A stretch of 64,000 nucleotides of DNA, taken from Octopus sinensis (Eukaryota). The number at the start of each line of letters is the position of its first letter. Position 1 is the stretch's first letter. The stretch is taken from contig NC_043019.1 in the NCBI RefSeq assembly GCF_006345805.1, positions 23,311,360-23,375,359 on the forward strand. The letters run 5' to 3'. Below are positions 25,201-35,731 of the stretch, piece by piece. The position numbers and the translations under genes were made by a program. The notes beneath the pieces are model-generated. The model saw nothing but the letters and a program-made list of their open reading frames with translations. It did not search any database and had not been told where the DNA came from.

Positions 25201-27795
25201 ACATCCTTTTAATGTTTTATCATATCAAATTTTTATTATACCATTGTAAATTTAAAATTCACTGTATTTTATATATCGATATTTATCTATTTATATGTAT
25301 TTTTATATTTATATATTAGGAATTTTTATATCCATTCCTGAGCATTATACCTGTTTGTTTTGTACACCACCTGTCTTTGCCTGTTGTTTTTTTCGTAAAC
25401 TCTCCCTATATATATATATATATATATAATGTGTCAGTGAGTAGGATATTCAGATCACAATCATAAGATCATGAATTCAATACCCAGCAGTGTTATGTCC
25501 TTGAGCAAGACACACTATTTCACATTGCTCCAGCCCACTCAGCTGGCAAAAATGAGTTGTACCTGCTGTATTTCAAAGGGCCAGCCTCGTCACATTCTGT
25601 ATCATACTGAATCTCCCCAAGAACTACATTAAGGGTATGTGTGTCTGTGGAGTGCTCAACCACTTGCATGTTAATTTCATGAGCAGGCTATTTTGTTAAT
25701 CGGATCCAACTGGAACCCTCATCGTCGTAACCAGTGCAGTGCTAGTACCAGTATATATGTCCCCTTACAATTGTTTCACAACTGGTCTTGATTTGTTTGT
25801 GGTCTGTAACTTAGCATTTTTGGCGAAAGAGACCACTAGGATAAGTATCAACCTTCAAAAAAAAAGTACCGAGGGGTGGGGGTTGATCTGTTCAGCTAAA
25901 TCCTCCTGCATGGTGGCCCAGCATGGCCACAGTCCAATGACTGAAACAAGTAAAAGATAAAAGAACTAAACTTACCGATCACCACCAAGAATGACTGCAG
26001 CGCTCAAACCAATGTGTTTGCCCAGCTAGAAAACAGAAAAAAAATGATCTTTGACAATTTAGAAATTAAAGAATCTCCAAGGAATGTTCTTTCACAATCT
26101 TTTGTCTCTTACCAACAGCAACTCTAACACAACATTAGTGTTACCCCTATTATCACCAACAAGGGAGATACTATGTGATCACCTGCTAGATATAGCAGCC
26201 AGATCTGCCTCAAATTACAGTCTACTGTTTAGGCAACAAAATGGACAGCATAGATCTATACATCTGCAAAAAAGACAGCATAGTCACGGCTAAAATGGAT
26301 CAGAGTTGACCAGGGACTATACACCTACAGATACAACACAATCACCTCTCTACAACTTCATTTCTACTGCTACCAACAGCTAATGAGTCTCCATATGGTC
26401 ACACAACCTGTTAAAGATAGCAGCTAATTTCCCTCAAATCACATCCTTTCTCTTGACAAAAAAAAGAGAAGGTCCCATTAGACCAATGGTTCTCAATCAG
26501 GGGACTCTTGGGGCTCCAGATAAGATTTTGTAGTTAAAGTTCATGTGTAATGAACTGGTTATACTTATACAATACACAAAATATTTTAACAATTTTTTTT
26601 ATACGATTCCTAATAATATTGATTTCAAATTTTGGCACAAGGGGTATATCAATTACATCGACCCCAGTACTCAACTGGTACTTATTTTATTGACTCCAAA
26701 AGGATGACAGGCAAAGTGGATCTCGGTGGAATTTGAACTCAGAACATAAAGACAGGCGAAATGCTTCTAAGTAATTTGCCACCTACAATTCCTAATAGTA
26801 TTAAATTATATAAAATATAATAGTCTTTAACTCTTTTACTTGTTTCAGTCATGTGACTGTGGCCATGCTTGAGCACCGCCTTTAGTCGAGCAAATCGACT
26901 CCAGGACTTATTCTTTGTAAACCTAGTACTTTTTCTATCGGTCTCTTTTGCCGAACCGCTAAGTTACGGGGACATAAACACACCAGCATCGGTTGTCAAG
27001 CAATGTTGGGGACACACACACAAACACACACATATATACAACAGGCTTCTTTCAATTTCCGTCTACCAAATCCAATCACAAGGCTTTGGTCGGCCCGAGG
27101 CTATATTAGAAGACACTTGTCCAAGGTACCACGCAGTGGGGATGAACCCAGAACCATGTGGTTCATAAGCAAGCTACTTACCACACAGCCACTCCTACAC
27201 CTATGTATTTTTTTAATAAGGGGGTCCAGCAAAATCAAACAGGAATCAAAGGGTTCATTAGACAGAAATGGTTGAGAACAACTACGTTAGACAATTGAGT
27301 TCTTCATGTACAATATAACAGGTTGGTCGCCACTGGATGGCTTTTGATAATACAAGGGCTAAACAACAACAACAACACCATCAAAAACACTTCAAATAAT
27401 AACAGTAAAAATACTCACCTCTTTTGTAAAGCGCAAAGTCTGCATAGCAAGTTCCCTGGTTGGTGACATGATAAGGGCTCGGGCACCAGCCTTGGCCGAG
27501 TGTGCCTTCAACTGTTCAAACATGGGTATCAGAAAGGCTGCTGTCTTGCCGCTTCCAGTACGGGCCATTGCTACTATGTCTTTACCAGCAAGCAAAAGAG
27601 GAATGGTCTGAAGAACATAAAGCAGGAAAGAAGTAAAAATATGGGTGATATAAGGCCAAGGGATGATTATATGTATATATAGGGGGAATTCACAAAAAAA
27701 CAAATGACGAAGTGTAGACAACATGCCAATCTATGAGAGGAACATAGTATTAAATGGGGGGAAAGTGAGAATGTGTGTGTGCATGTATGCATGTG

Positions 27796-27838
<43 letters not shown>

Positions 27839-30800
27839 GCGTGAGTATATGTGCATGAAAGACACAGAGACAAGTAAGAAAGTGAGAGTGTGTATGAGAA
27901 AGGAAGAGAAATTGTGGGACAGAGAATGAAAGAAATAAAAAGAGAATATGTAGAGTTAGGAAGAGAGAGAGAGATAAAGGGAGATAGCTGAGAGTGAGAC
28001 AGAGAGAGATTGCCAGTATCATCATCCCATAATGTCCGTATTCGATGCTGGAATGAATTAGGTGATTCAGCAAGAGCTGACAAGCCAGAGGAGATTGTGT
28101 CGGGTGTCAATGTTTATTTTGATACGCTTCCTACAGCTGGATGCCCTTCCTAATGCCAACCACTTTACAGAGTGGACTGGGTACTTTTTGCGTAGGGGCC
28201 ACCAAATAACTTGCAAAACAAGACCCCTGATAGAATAGGGGTTGGGTATTGAGGGAGGTGGCTTTATGCAAGGCTTTATGAGAGGTTAGAGTATGATAAA
28301 GGGACAGGACCAGGTAAGTTAAGTTAATTTTTTGGCTCAAAAATCAAGGCCATGTAGGGGGACATGGAGTTATGTACAGGGTGGTGTTCATGCAAAGAGT
28401 TCAAGCCATTTCTGGTCAAGAGAGACTTTGAACTGAGCGGTCGTCGGCATCTTCACTATCTCGTCTGGCAGCTTATTCCACGGATCCGCAACCCGGACAG
28501 GGAAAGCCCCTCTCCTTCGATTGAGATGAAATCGTCGCAGGTAGAGCTTTTCGGAGTGACCCATGGGTACCCAGCAGAAAAAGGAGAATGGTAGAGATGG
28601 TGATGGCTTACCCTCAAGGTACAAGAAGGTGGATAAAGGGAGAACAGGCAAAAAGATAAATGTGCAAAAATGTGAGAAGGACAGAGACAGAAGTCAAATC
28701 AATGAAAGTGAGATAGAAAAAGTTGCATATATACAAGAACACATGAGAGAGGTCCATAAACTAACTTACTTTCCTCTGTATTGGTGTTGGGATTTTGTAT
28801 CCTTTGTGTAAGATCCCTTTGAAGACAGGCTGGGACAGACCTGAAAAATAAGGAAATAACATTCAGCCATTAATTAAATTAAGTTTTGAATTAAAATCTT
28901 CCATCAAACCTTAGTCACAATTTATGTTCCTAACACTAGCTTAATGATAACTAAGTTATTTTACTAAAGTATTTGTTATATTTAAAGTAACTGAAGAAAC
29001 ACAGAGCATCTCAAAATAAATACAGTAACAAAGGGGTTAAGGACACAACACACCACCTAGGAATTGAAACCATGATCTCGCGATCATGACTGCAACTCTC
29101 TAACGACTAGGCCACATGCCCTCAATAGTGGGCTTCTTTCAGTTTGTCTACCAAATCCAGCCAACAAGGTTTTAGCTGACCTGGGGTTTATAGCAGAAGA
29201 CACTTGCCCAAGGTGCAATGGAATGGGACTGAACCCAAAACTGTGTGGTTTGGAAGTAAACTTCCCAACCACATGGCCAAGCCTGCACCTTGCCACTAAC
29301 TTTCCACATAACTATCAAATGATGAGATTTCGGTGCCAAACTCGAAATAAAATTCGAGCATTTTAAGAGAAGTAGCTTGAGACGGCTACTGTTGAAAGAG
29401 TTCACTTACCCATGCTTTGGAAACCACCAGATTTCTTCTTTTTGCGGTTTTGTTCCTGAATTAGTTTCCGTGCTTCAGAACTTTCCTCCTCCATGGTGAG
29501 TTCTTCACCATCATACATGTCTTCAACATCGATTACTGGTTTCTGAGGTAAAAAAAATAAAGAAAAAGAAAAGATGAAAGAGAGATTCTCCTGGATAAGA
29601 AGCTAGTCTACTTTAACTCCCTTTGTTACTATATCTCTGTCAAAACACACTGCTTCTGATTCAATTAATTTTGAAAATAATGAAGAATTAAAAAACTTTG
29701 CCATTATTGAAATGGTGTTTGAAGCATAGATTAACATGGAATTTTAATGGAAAGTCTTAATTTAGGTAACTTTAAAACAAAGAGTTTGTGTCATGGAACC
29801 AGGAGCAGTCTTAGGCAAGTTGGTATCAAAAGTATTAAGCATGATCCACCATAGGAAGAATCTACTACACTAAAAGACCAGGGGGACTTAGCCAGAGCCA
29901 GATTTATAGGTGGGGCAAGGGGGCAATTGCCCTGGCCCCCCCTACTATGAGAGGTATAATGGAACACTCAATACAGAAAGGCCCCCACCTCCCACCAATC
30001 TTGCATAAAAAGGCTCTTTTTCACTATACAAACATTTCTTGACTTCTCAAAAAAATGTAATGGAGTCTCTTTTATTATAAATAACCATAGATTTCTCCAT
30101 ATTAGTGACATCAATTTATTCAATTAAAAAACAGTCCCAAGAGTAGCCACACTTTATTTGGGAATTGTAGCTGCTATTCCAGAGTAAAACAGAGAAAAGG
30201 AAAACAACAACAAATTCCGGAAAATGTGTATCCGTCATCATCGTTTAATGTCCGATTTCCATACTGGCGTGGGTTGGACGGTTTGACTGAAAATTGGAAA
30301 GTCAGGGGGTTGCACCAGGTTCCAATCTGATTCGGCATGGTTTCTACGGCTGGGTTCCCTTCCTAACATCAAACACTCCGAGAATGTGGTGGGTGTTTTT
30401 TATATGCCACCAGCACGGGTGCCATTGATCTGACACCAGTATGGTACATCGCCAAGGGTCTTGGTCACCTGTCACTGCCTCCATGAGGTCCAACACTCAA
30501 ATGGTTCTTTTTAAATGCCACCAGCGCGGGTGCCAGTCAGACAGCACCGGCCACAACTATGATTTCACTCAGTTCAACAGGTCTTCACCGCACAGTATAT
30601 TGCCCAACGATTGAAAGGTGCTTTTAACGGGCCAGTTACACGACACTGGCGTCATCCACAACTCCGATCACACTTGGCTTGATGGATCTTTTTAAGCACA
30701 GCATATCTCCAAAGGTCTTGGTCACTTGTCATTGCCACTGTGAGGCCCAACATTCGAAGTTTGTGCTTCACCACTTTATCCCATACCTTCCTGGGTCTAC

Positions 30801-32901
30801 CTCTACCACAGGTTCCCTCCACCATTAGAGTGCGACACTTCAAACAGCTGTCTTCATCTATATGCATCACATGACCATAGTAGTGCAGTTGCCTCTCTTG
30901 CACACCTCATCTGATGCATCTTATGTCCAACTTTTCTCTCAGGACACTTACACAGTTGTGCATGTACTCTGACATTACACATCCAGTGGAGCATACTAGC
31001 TTCATTTCTTAGAAGCCTATGCATGTCCTCAGCAGTCACAGTCCATGTTCGCACACAGGCATCATACAGTCTACCTTTCACTCCTGAACTTAGCCCGGCC
31101 TATTCTTATTCTAGCAGCTATGATCTCAGAGCATCCACCCCTGCTACTGACTTGGTCATCAAGCTAACAGAAGCTATTGACTACTACTAGTTTTCCCCTC
31201 TGGCATGTGATGGAATCTATTCTGTACATTTTTTGGTGTTTATTGTACTTGCATACCTTCCCCACACAAAAACTATCCTCCCTGTAAACCTTCCTCTGAG
31301 ATTGCTGCATCTCTTTTGTGTCCATGGTTTACACTGGGTGCATCTTGTGGAGTTTCTACCTATGCCTTTTCTACAGATCAAGCAGGGCCACCTACCTGAA
31401 AGGATTTGTGATTTGTCTGCCTTCCTACTTACTAAGACTTTGGTTTTTGCTAAGTTAACTTTAAGGCCCTTTGATTCTAGACCTTGCTTCCACACCTGAA
31501 ACTTCTCTAGCTCTGGTAGTGATTCAGCTATAAGAGCAAGGTTATCAGCATAGAGGAGCTCCCGGAAGCAGCCTGTCTTTTAAATTCCTCTGTTATCACC
31601 TGGAGGACTATGATGAACAAGAAAGGACTGAGGCCTGATCCTTGGTGAACCCCTACTTATACCCTGAATTCTTCGTTGCCAGCCTACACTTACTGACAGC
31701 ATCCTTGTACATGGCTTATACAGCTCTCACCAACCACTCATCTATCCGTAGTTTTTGCATAGACCACCAGATAAGGGATTGGAGGACCCTGTCAGAAGCT
31801 TTCTCCATGTAAACAAAAGCCAAGTACAGAGGTTTATCTTTGGCTAAGCATTTTGCATCTGAAATGGAAGCTCGCAATTGTTATATTGCAATACTTGCAA
31901 TATGACAATTTCAAGCTTTGGGAGTAAAAATTGGTCAGCACAATTGTTGTTTACTTAATGTGTTCTTACTTCGCACTACAGTTTTAAGTTGTGATAAGAG
32001 ACACATTTGGCTGTTATTTCTAGGAAGTGGAGACGCAATGGCCCAGTGGTTAGGGCAGCGGACTCGCGGTCATAGGATCGCGGTTTCGATTCCCAGACCG
32101 GGCGTTGTGAGTGTTTATTGAGCGAAAACACCTAAAGCTCCACGAGGCTCCGGCAGGGGATGGTGGTGATCCCTGCTGTACTCTTTCACCACAACTTTCT
32201 CTCACTCTTTCTTCCTGTTTCTGTTGTACCTGTATTTCAAAGGGCCGGCCTTGTCACTCTCTGTGTCACGCTGAATATCCCCGAGAACTACGTTAAGGGT
32301 ACACGTGTCTGTGGAGTGCTCAGCCACTTACACGTTAATTTCACGAGCAGGCTGTTCCGTTGATTCGGATCAACCGGAACCCTCGTCGTCGTAACCGACG
32401 GAGTGCTTAAGAAGATTTCTAGGAAATCGAACGACCACGACGTATACGCTCACTGGTTCGCGCGTATGTTTAGTAACAACTGATAAACATACGTAATTCA
32501 GTTTCAAATTGTCTGCAAACTTCGCTTAAACTACGAATAAAAAAAAAATATCATTACGGTGTTGCTGAAACGGATTAGCAGTTAATTCTTTTTCAAATTT
32601 TATACTGCCGTCCGGAAAGACACATCAAATAATATGGCTCTACATACACTGTCTGGCGAAAAATCGGTAGAGTCACGTATGGAACGCCTTTATTTGTAGA
32701 TTTGTTGGATGAGGACTTGCCTGTCTAAACAACAACCAAAGTTAGGGCAGAACAAGTTTTTCTTAGGTTTGAACAATTTATCATTAAGAATGACATGTCA
32801 AAAGTAAATGTTTGATACCGAAACCATCTTAAATAAATTGTTATACTTACCGAATCTTTTTCTTCTTCTTTAATTTGTTTCTTTTTAAGTTTTCGCCCCA
32901 T
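1674..32901 (-). CDS. DDX54: ATP-dependent RNA helicase DDX54/Dbp10 (whole gene span, 20 coding exons, 840 aa)
   Basis: Exons assembled by hand in consistent phase. DEAD-box motifs: [11 protein letters not shown] (Q motif), [51 protein letters not shown]-terminal DBP10CT-like KWDRKKKKF...RTESG..I.ASYK...YEQWK matches DDX54 as I recall it. Confidence 0.96.
2478..2629 (-). CDS. DDX54: DDX54 exon 19 ([19 protein letters not shown]...LNKR)
   Basis: Follows AC acceptor; donor C|GTAAGA in phase 1 fits exon 20. Confidence 0.88.
2630..3615 (-). other. U12-type (minor spliceosome) AT-AC intron, DDX54 intron 18, 986 nt
   Basis: 5' end ATATCCTTTG (U12 consensus RTATCCTT); branch site TTCCTTAAT about 10 nt before terminal AC; joining gives in-frame SN-F-YEQW. 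Confidence 0.9.
3616..3726 (-). CDS. DDX54: DDX54 exon 18 ([36 protein letters not shown]), ends at U12 donor
   Basis: TTATAG acceptor; frame continues through the conserved RTESG/SYK to ATATCCTTT. Confidence 0.9.
4529..4633 (-). CDS. DDX54: DDX54 exon 17 ([23 protein letters not shown]...KMKW)
   Basis: Start of DBP10CT-like region; CTCTCAG/GTAATT boundaries. Confidence 0.93.
7146..7288 (-). CDS. DDX54: DDX54 exon 16 (DVFSSVV...[18 protein letters not shown])
   Basis: Resembles DQEFYIPYRPKDFDSE; TTTCAG/GTAAG boundaries. Confidence 0.93.
7851..8070 (-). mobile_element. tRNA-derived SINE (family B)
   Basis: GTTCAAATTCC B-box plus CTTTCATCCTTTCGGGGTCGATAAA core. Other copies at about 13610-13820, 18075-18300, 48575-48790, 53385-53610, 62845-63060. 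Confidence 0.8.
8149..8355 (-). CDS. DDX54: DDX54 exon 15 ([10 protein letters not shown]...EANIE)
   Basis: Resembles TIFEIN...MRAKR; TTACAG/GTAAAT boundaries; 69 codons. Confidence 0.9.
8624..10170 (+). mobile_element. tRNA-derived SINE (family A) split by the solo LTR
   Basis: Head GGCGTAGGAGTGGCTGTG..., CCTTGGGCAAGTGTCTT core, tail resumes at 9965. Other copies at about 10345-10750(-), 15323-15765(+), 16903-17370(+), 26835-27200(-), 45755-46130(-), 48880-49115(-), 59065-59365(+). Confidence 0.85.
8831..9964. mobile_element. Probable solo LTR (Gypsy-like)
   Basis: Begins TGTTACGG, ends CCGTAACA (8-bp TIR, TG...CA), flanked by ATAT on both sides, CpG-rich, inserted in the (TA)n tract of a SINE. 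Confidence 0.65.
11119..11192 (-). CDS. DDX54: DDX54 exon 14 ([25 protein letters not shown])
   Basis: Phase 1 to 0 bridges exons 13 and 15; CTTCAG/GTGAGT boundaries. Confidence 0.88.
12979..13114 (-). CDS. DDX54: DDX54 exon 13 ([32 protein letters not shown]...IHPIF)
   Basis: Resembles QYVRSRPAPSPESIKRAK...LHPLF; TTTCAG/GTAAGT boundaries. Confidence 0.94.
13846..14305 (-). mobile_element. Two identical tandem 3' fragments of an R4/Dong-like non-LTR element in (TAA)n
   Basis: Minus strand reads ...[22 protein letters not shown] stop, then 3' UTR; copies 13846-14059 and 14092-14305. Confidence 0.7.
14606..14697 (-). CDS. DDX54: DDX54 exon 12 ([31 protein letters not shown])
   Basis: Resembles DDX54 DGMLGRVP; TTTGTAG/GTAAGT boundaries. 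Confidence 0.92.
15808..15957 (-). CDS. DDX54: DDX54 exon 11 ([34 protein letters not shown]...ETS)
   Basis: End of motif VI; AAG/GTGATT boundaries; phase 1 to 1. Confidence 0.95.
16200..16660 (+). repeat. Abundant dispersed repeat with (GAT)n tail and internal GGCACGTAAAAAGCACC tandem units (family C, probably RTE-related)
   Basis: Other copies at about 19940-20312, 22255-22520(-), 30235-30560(-), 37790-37880, 47257-47580(-), 59660-60000(-), 63540-63870; similar internal units follow RTE ORF ends at 30.4-30.6 and 36.8-37.0 kb. Confidence 0.75.
18424..18634 (-). CDS. DDX54: DDX54 exon 10 (LLNSADI...[33 protein letters not shown])
   Basis: Motifs V and start of VI; TACAG/GTATGT boundaries. 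Confidence 0.97.
19699..19830 (-). CDS. DDX54: DDX54 exon 9 ([19 protein letters not shown]...[16 protein letters not shown])
   Basis: Motif IV; CCAG/GTAAGC boundaries. Confidence 0.94.
20548..20740 (+). mobile_element. Mariner transposase C-terminal remnant
   Basis: [30 protein letters not shown] stop (20597-20689), typical mariner C-terminus. Confidence 0.8.
20950..21133 (-). CDS. DDX54: DDX54 exon 8 (LFEMGF...[10 protein letters not shown]...DQLK)
   Basis: SAT motif III; TTTAG/GTAATA boundaries. Confidence 0.96.
21345..21540 (-). mobile_element. Penelope-like LTR fragment with minimal hammerhead-like motif
   Basis: Minus strand CUUU-CUGUCGAA-GAGC/GCUC-GAAAC-GUA-AAAG followed by the shared TTCCTGAGCG...TTTGTTTGTAC.CCACCTG tail. 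Confidence 0.45.
22055..22200 (+). mobile_element. Decayed Penelope-like LTR fragment with mutated minimal hammerhead
   Basis: CTGTTC-CCGAATAA-GAGC/GCTC-AAAAC-GTA-AAACAG then TCTGAGCG...AATACTTTG. Confidence 0.4.
22724..22819 (-). CDS. DDX54: DDX54 exon 7 ([32 protein letters not shown])
   Basis: Motif Ib and DEAD box; AAG/GTGAGT boundaries. Confidence 0.96.
23001..23389 (-). mobile_element. 5'-truncated RTE/BovB-like LINE with 13-bp TSD
   Basis: Intact ORF end [18 protein letters not shown]...[13 protein letters not shown]...RTRWLD; (GA)n tail; AGACAATAGAGGT at 22988-23000 and 23390-23402. Confidence 0.88.
23587..23628 (-). CDS. DDX54: DDX54 exon 6, 42 nt ([14 protein letters not shown])
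   Basis: TTTACAG/GTAAGT boundaries; phases fit both neighbours. Confidence 0.92.
23680..24165. repeat. About 3 tandem copies of a 163-bp unit
   Basis: TTAAGATATG anchors at 23696, 23859, 24022. Confidence 0.9.
24654..25410 (+). mobile_element. Penelope-like LTR fragment with 5' inverted duplication and decayed hammerhead
   Basis: 96-bp perfect hairpin at 5' end; CTGATGA 25084-90 and GAAACGGCC 25145-53; 3' end resembles the 21.35-21.44 kb element; (TA)n on both sides. Confidence 0.55.
25976..26025 (-). CDS. DDX54: DDX54 exon 5 ([17 protein letters not shown])
   Basis: GG motif; TTTTCTAG/GTAAGT boundaries. Confidence 0.93.
26482..27285. mobile_element. hAT-like MITE with nested SINEs
   Basis: Ends CAATGGTTCTCAA and GGTTGAGAACAACTA resemble CAGTGGTTCTCAAC-type TIRs. 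Confidence 0.45.
27419..27607 (-). CDS. DDX54: DDX54 exon 4 ([22 protein letters not shown]...[16 protein letters not shown])
   Basis: Walker A and motif Ia; CAG/GTGAGT boundaries. Confidence 0.97.
28385..28560 (-). mobile_element. CR1/L2-like LINE 3' fragment
   Basis: [34 protein letters not shown] resembles the CR1 ORF2 C-terminus. Confidence 0.7.
28770..28840 (-). CDS. DDX54: DDX54 exon 3 ([24 protein letters not shown])
   Basis: Q motif; TTTCAG/GTAAGT boundaries; phase 1 to 0. Confidence 0.95.
29410..29542 (-). CDS. DDX54: DDX54 exon 2 (KPVIDV...[15 protein letters not shown])
   Basis: TTTTACCTCAG acceptor, GTAAGT donor; [12 protein letters not shown] is the DDX54/Dbp10 N-terminal signature. 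Confidence 0.95.
30600..31870 (-). mobile_element. Degenerate RTE-clade LINE fragment (RT domain to 3' end)
   Basis: [56 protein letters not shown]; many frameshifts. Confidence 0.85.
32027..32414 (+). mobile_element. Young full-length tRNA-derived SINE (family D) with 11-bp TSD
   Basis: A box TGGCCCAGTGG 32039-49, B box GGTTTCGATTCC 32082-93; ATTTCTAGGAA at 32016-26 and 32415-25; CpGs intact. Older copies at about 25440-25745, 46290-46440, 47095-47700. Confidence 0.88.
32851..32901 (-). CDS. DDX54: DDX54 exon 1 ([17 protein letters not shown])
   Basis: ATG at 32901, donor GTAAGT after TCG, phase 0 fits exon 2; lies in a CpG-richer promoter-like zone. Confidence 0.8.
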
Positions 32902-33060
32902 GATGGGAAATCAAAACTAACACTGACAAAACACGTGTGATAACCGGAAACGGTGTAACTACCAGATCATATTCCGTCGTTAAATTATTTCCGTGGGAGA
33001 CACATTGCATTGGTGACAGTAGGTTGCGGGCGTGTAATTGTTTTAATTCTCCTTCTTAGC
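32902..33060. promoter_or_regulatory. DDX54 promoter/TSS region, possibly bidirectional
   Basis: Directly upstream of the ATG; locally CpG-retaining; CACGTG at 32932-32937, ETS-like ACCGGAAA at 32943-32950. Confidence 0.55.
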
Positions 33061-34568
33061 CTATGTTTTGGTAAAAAGTATTGTACGCCACAACCATATT
33101 TCACCTCAAGAGATGTTGTACCTACTCAAAAGAAATTGCTATTTTACTTGGTTCTGCACGAGGTAATGTAAAGTTACCCCCAGTTCTGGTATTGAGCTCA
33201 GAATAAAGAATCTTCGACTTAGATATTCTAGAAAAAAATATCCAGGGCAATATTCTGTCTCAAGATATCTCTTCCCGTTTGATTTTCCTTGGAATAAAGT
33301 AAGCTATATGAGTAATAGGGGGGGGGTTGATTATAGCGTTAAAGCCACCTTGTCAGGATACCAACTTTTGCTAGAATTAATTCATCAAATTATAATGAAT
33401 TAAATCTACAAACGAATAATTTTTCAATAATCTGTCTGACAGTACGTATGTATGTATGTGCATGTACGTACATGAATGAATGAATGTGTATATATATATA
33501 TATATATTCTCTTCTATGTCTATGTGTGTATTCTCATATATATATATATATTCTCTTCTATGTCCATGTATGTATCTATATTCTCCTATTTTTAATTATT
33601 TGGAGTCTTCCAGTAAGGAAGGAGATGGTTTCTAACAAAAATATAAATCTTTATTGTTGGAATGTAGATAAAAATTAATTCCCATTTTCAACTTATGAAA
33701 AAGTCTTGCATATTTTTACTGTTCCACTGATAGATTGGGTGTCTTGCAAACAACTTGCACATAGATTGTATTTGTAACGTGCAAATAGCTTGATTTCTTT
33801 TTCTGAAAAGCTCAGGGTACTTGTTGGTTATCTCACCCCCATTAAAAAGTGGACTGACATCTGTCAGTCTGCAAAACTTTATAAGAGGTGTTGAAAGTGT
33901 CGTCCTTCATTTTCAGTACATAAGTTGACTCATCTACACGTTTTGAAACACATCTTGGAGAGTCAGGATGAAAATATTCACAGCAGATAGACTTTTTGAG
34001 CACGCTGTATTAGGACCTCTCCTTGCTTCCCACTGTTCTAAGCCTACTATAATAAAATATCACTTACACCCCACTCCAGCCTACCTAAGAACCAGTCTAG
34101 CAGACTCCTATCTCACCTGGGTCACTTACTTTAGATATCGTATTACACACTTTCAAGAATTATATTCTTAACCTCAACAGCCAACTTTGTTGGTCATTCT
34201 CCCATTTCATAGTTGGCCTCCACAGACTTCAGTCACATCTCTGCTGTATTCTTGAGATATTCTTTTGTTTGGAAAATTATGTTTCATCTGATGATTATGG
34301 TTTTTTGTAATGAGGTAATGTTCTCATTCTTCTATTAAAAAGATATATAAGAAACAGCTGTTATGAGCTGACAATTATCCAGCATATGTTATTATTAATT
34401 TGAGTATATATATATATATATATAAGAGCAATAAAGATTCAAGTTAATTTTAAAAATTTACTTGAATATGGTACCTAACTTAGATGCACCAAAAAAACTA
34501 TACTGATTTAACAATACAGTAATGTGGGGTGATTATAAGCGAGAAAGAAGCAACAAGAATGGATAGGT

Positions 34569-34659
34569 TTTTAGTACGATCGTTTCATACAAGGACAGGT
34601 TTTATTAAAAGTTGCAAAGATTACAGCATATAAACGAGTCCCGTACTCATCAGCTAAAA
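34569..34659 (-). ncRNA. Type I hammerhead ribozyme (left arm, identical reverse-complement copy)
   Basis: Exact reverse complement of 35732-35822. Confidence 0.85.
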
Positions 34660-35731
34660 TACATGTAAGTTCCCTAGACATCCTAGTGTTTGAGGCTATA
34701 CTCATGAAGTAATGTAGATAATTAAACAGATTTCTAAAGTTCATTAAAGTTCTTTAAAGATGATGTACAGTCTTATCACAGAATTTAAAAAAGTTTTGAT
34801 AGCATCACAGAGAAGGTGACCTAATCCATATGAATTTCCATAGATATGATGAGGGATTATATACTCACAGAAGACAAATTTATCCATTGTTAATTACAAC
34901 GAGGTGGGTCTCAATTCCTGCTTATTAGCATTACAGAGAGGGTGAATTAATCCTTTGTATATATGCACAGATTCCAATGGTGTAGATGTAAATTTCCAGA
35001 GAAATGGAAATGAATTTCATATTCACAGGCGATAAATTTTACAATGGTTGAACACAATGAGGTAGGTATCAATCCTTGTTATATGATTAGGTGTTTGCCA
35101 CATTAATCAAATTACTGCTATTCACAAGAGGCTGTAGCTATTTAACTCTTAAAGGCTGAAGGGCTTACTAGATCGGCCAAGAATAGAGAAGGGAATCCCT
35201 TCTCTATTCTTGGCCGATCTAGTAAGCCCTTCAGCCTTTAAGAGTTAAATAGCTACAGCCTCTTGTGAATAGCAGTAATATGATTAATGTGGCAAACACC
35301 TAATCATATAACAAGGATTGATACCTACCTCATTGTGTTCAACCATTGTAAAATTTATCGCCTGTGAATATGAAATTCATTTCCATTTCTCTGGAAATTT
35401 ACATCTACACCATTGGAATCTGTGCATATATACAAAGGATTAATTCACCCTCTCTGTAATGCTAATAAGCAGGAATTGAGACCCACCTCGTTGTAATTAA
35501 CAATGGATAAATTTGTCTTCTGTGAGTATATAATCCCTCATCATATCTATGGAAATTCATATGGATTAGGTCACCTTCTCTGTGATGCTATCAAAACTTT
35601 TTTAAAATTCTGTGATAAGACTGTACATCATCTTTAAAGAACTTTAATGAACTTTAGAAATCTGTTTAATTATCTACATTACTTCATGAGTATAGCCTCA
35701 AACACTAGGATGTCTAGGGAACTTACATGTA

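Noticed and set aside
32027-32100. SINE heads as tRNA genes (also about 8625, 15323, 47095)
   Set aside because: A/B boxes present but no full cloverleaf; they continue into SINE bodies with tails and TSDs
33968-34171. 67-aa ORF MKIFTADRLFEHAV as a gene
   Set aside because: No recognisable homology or supporting splice structure
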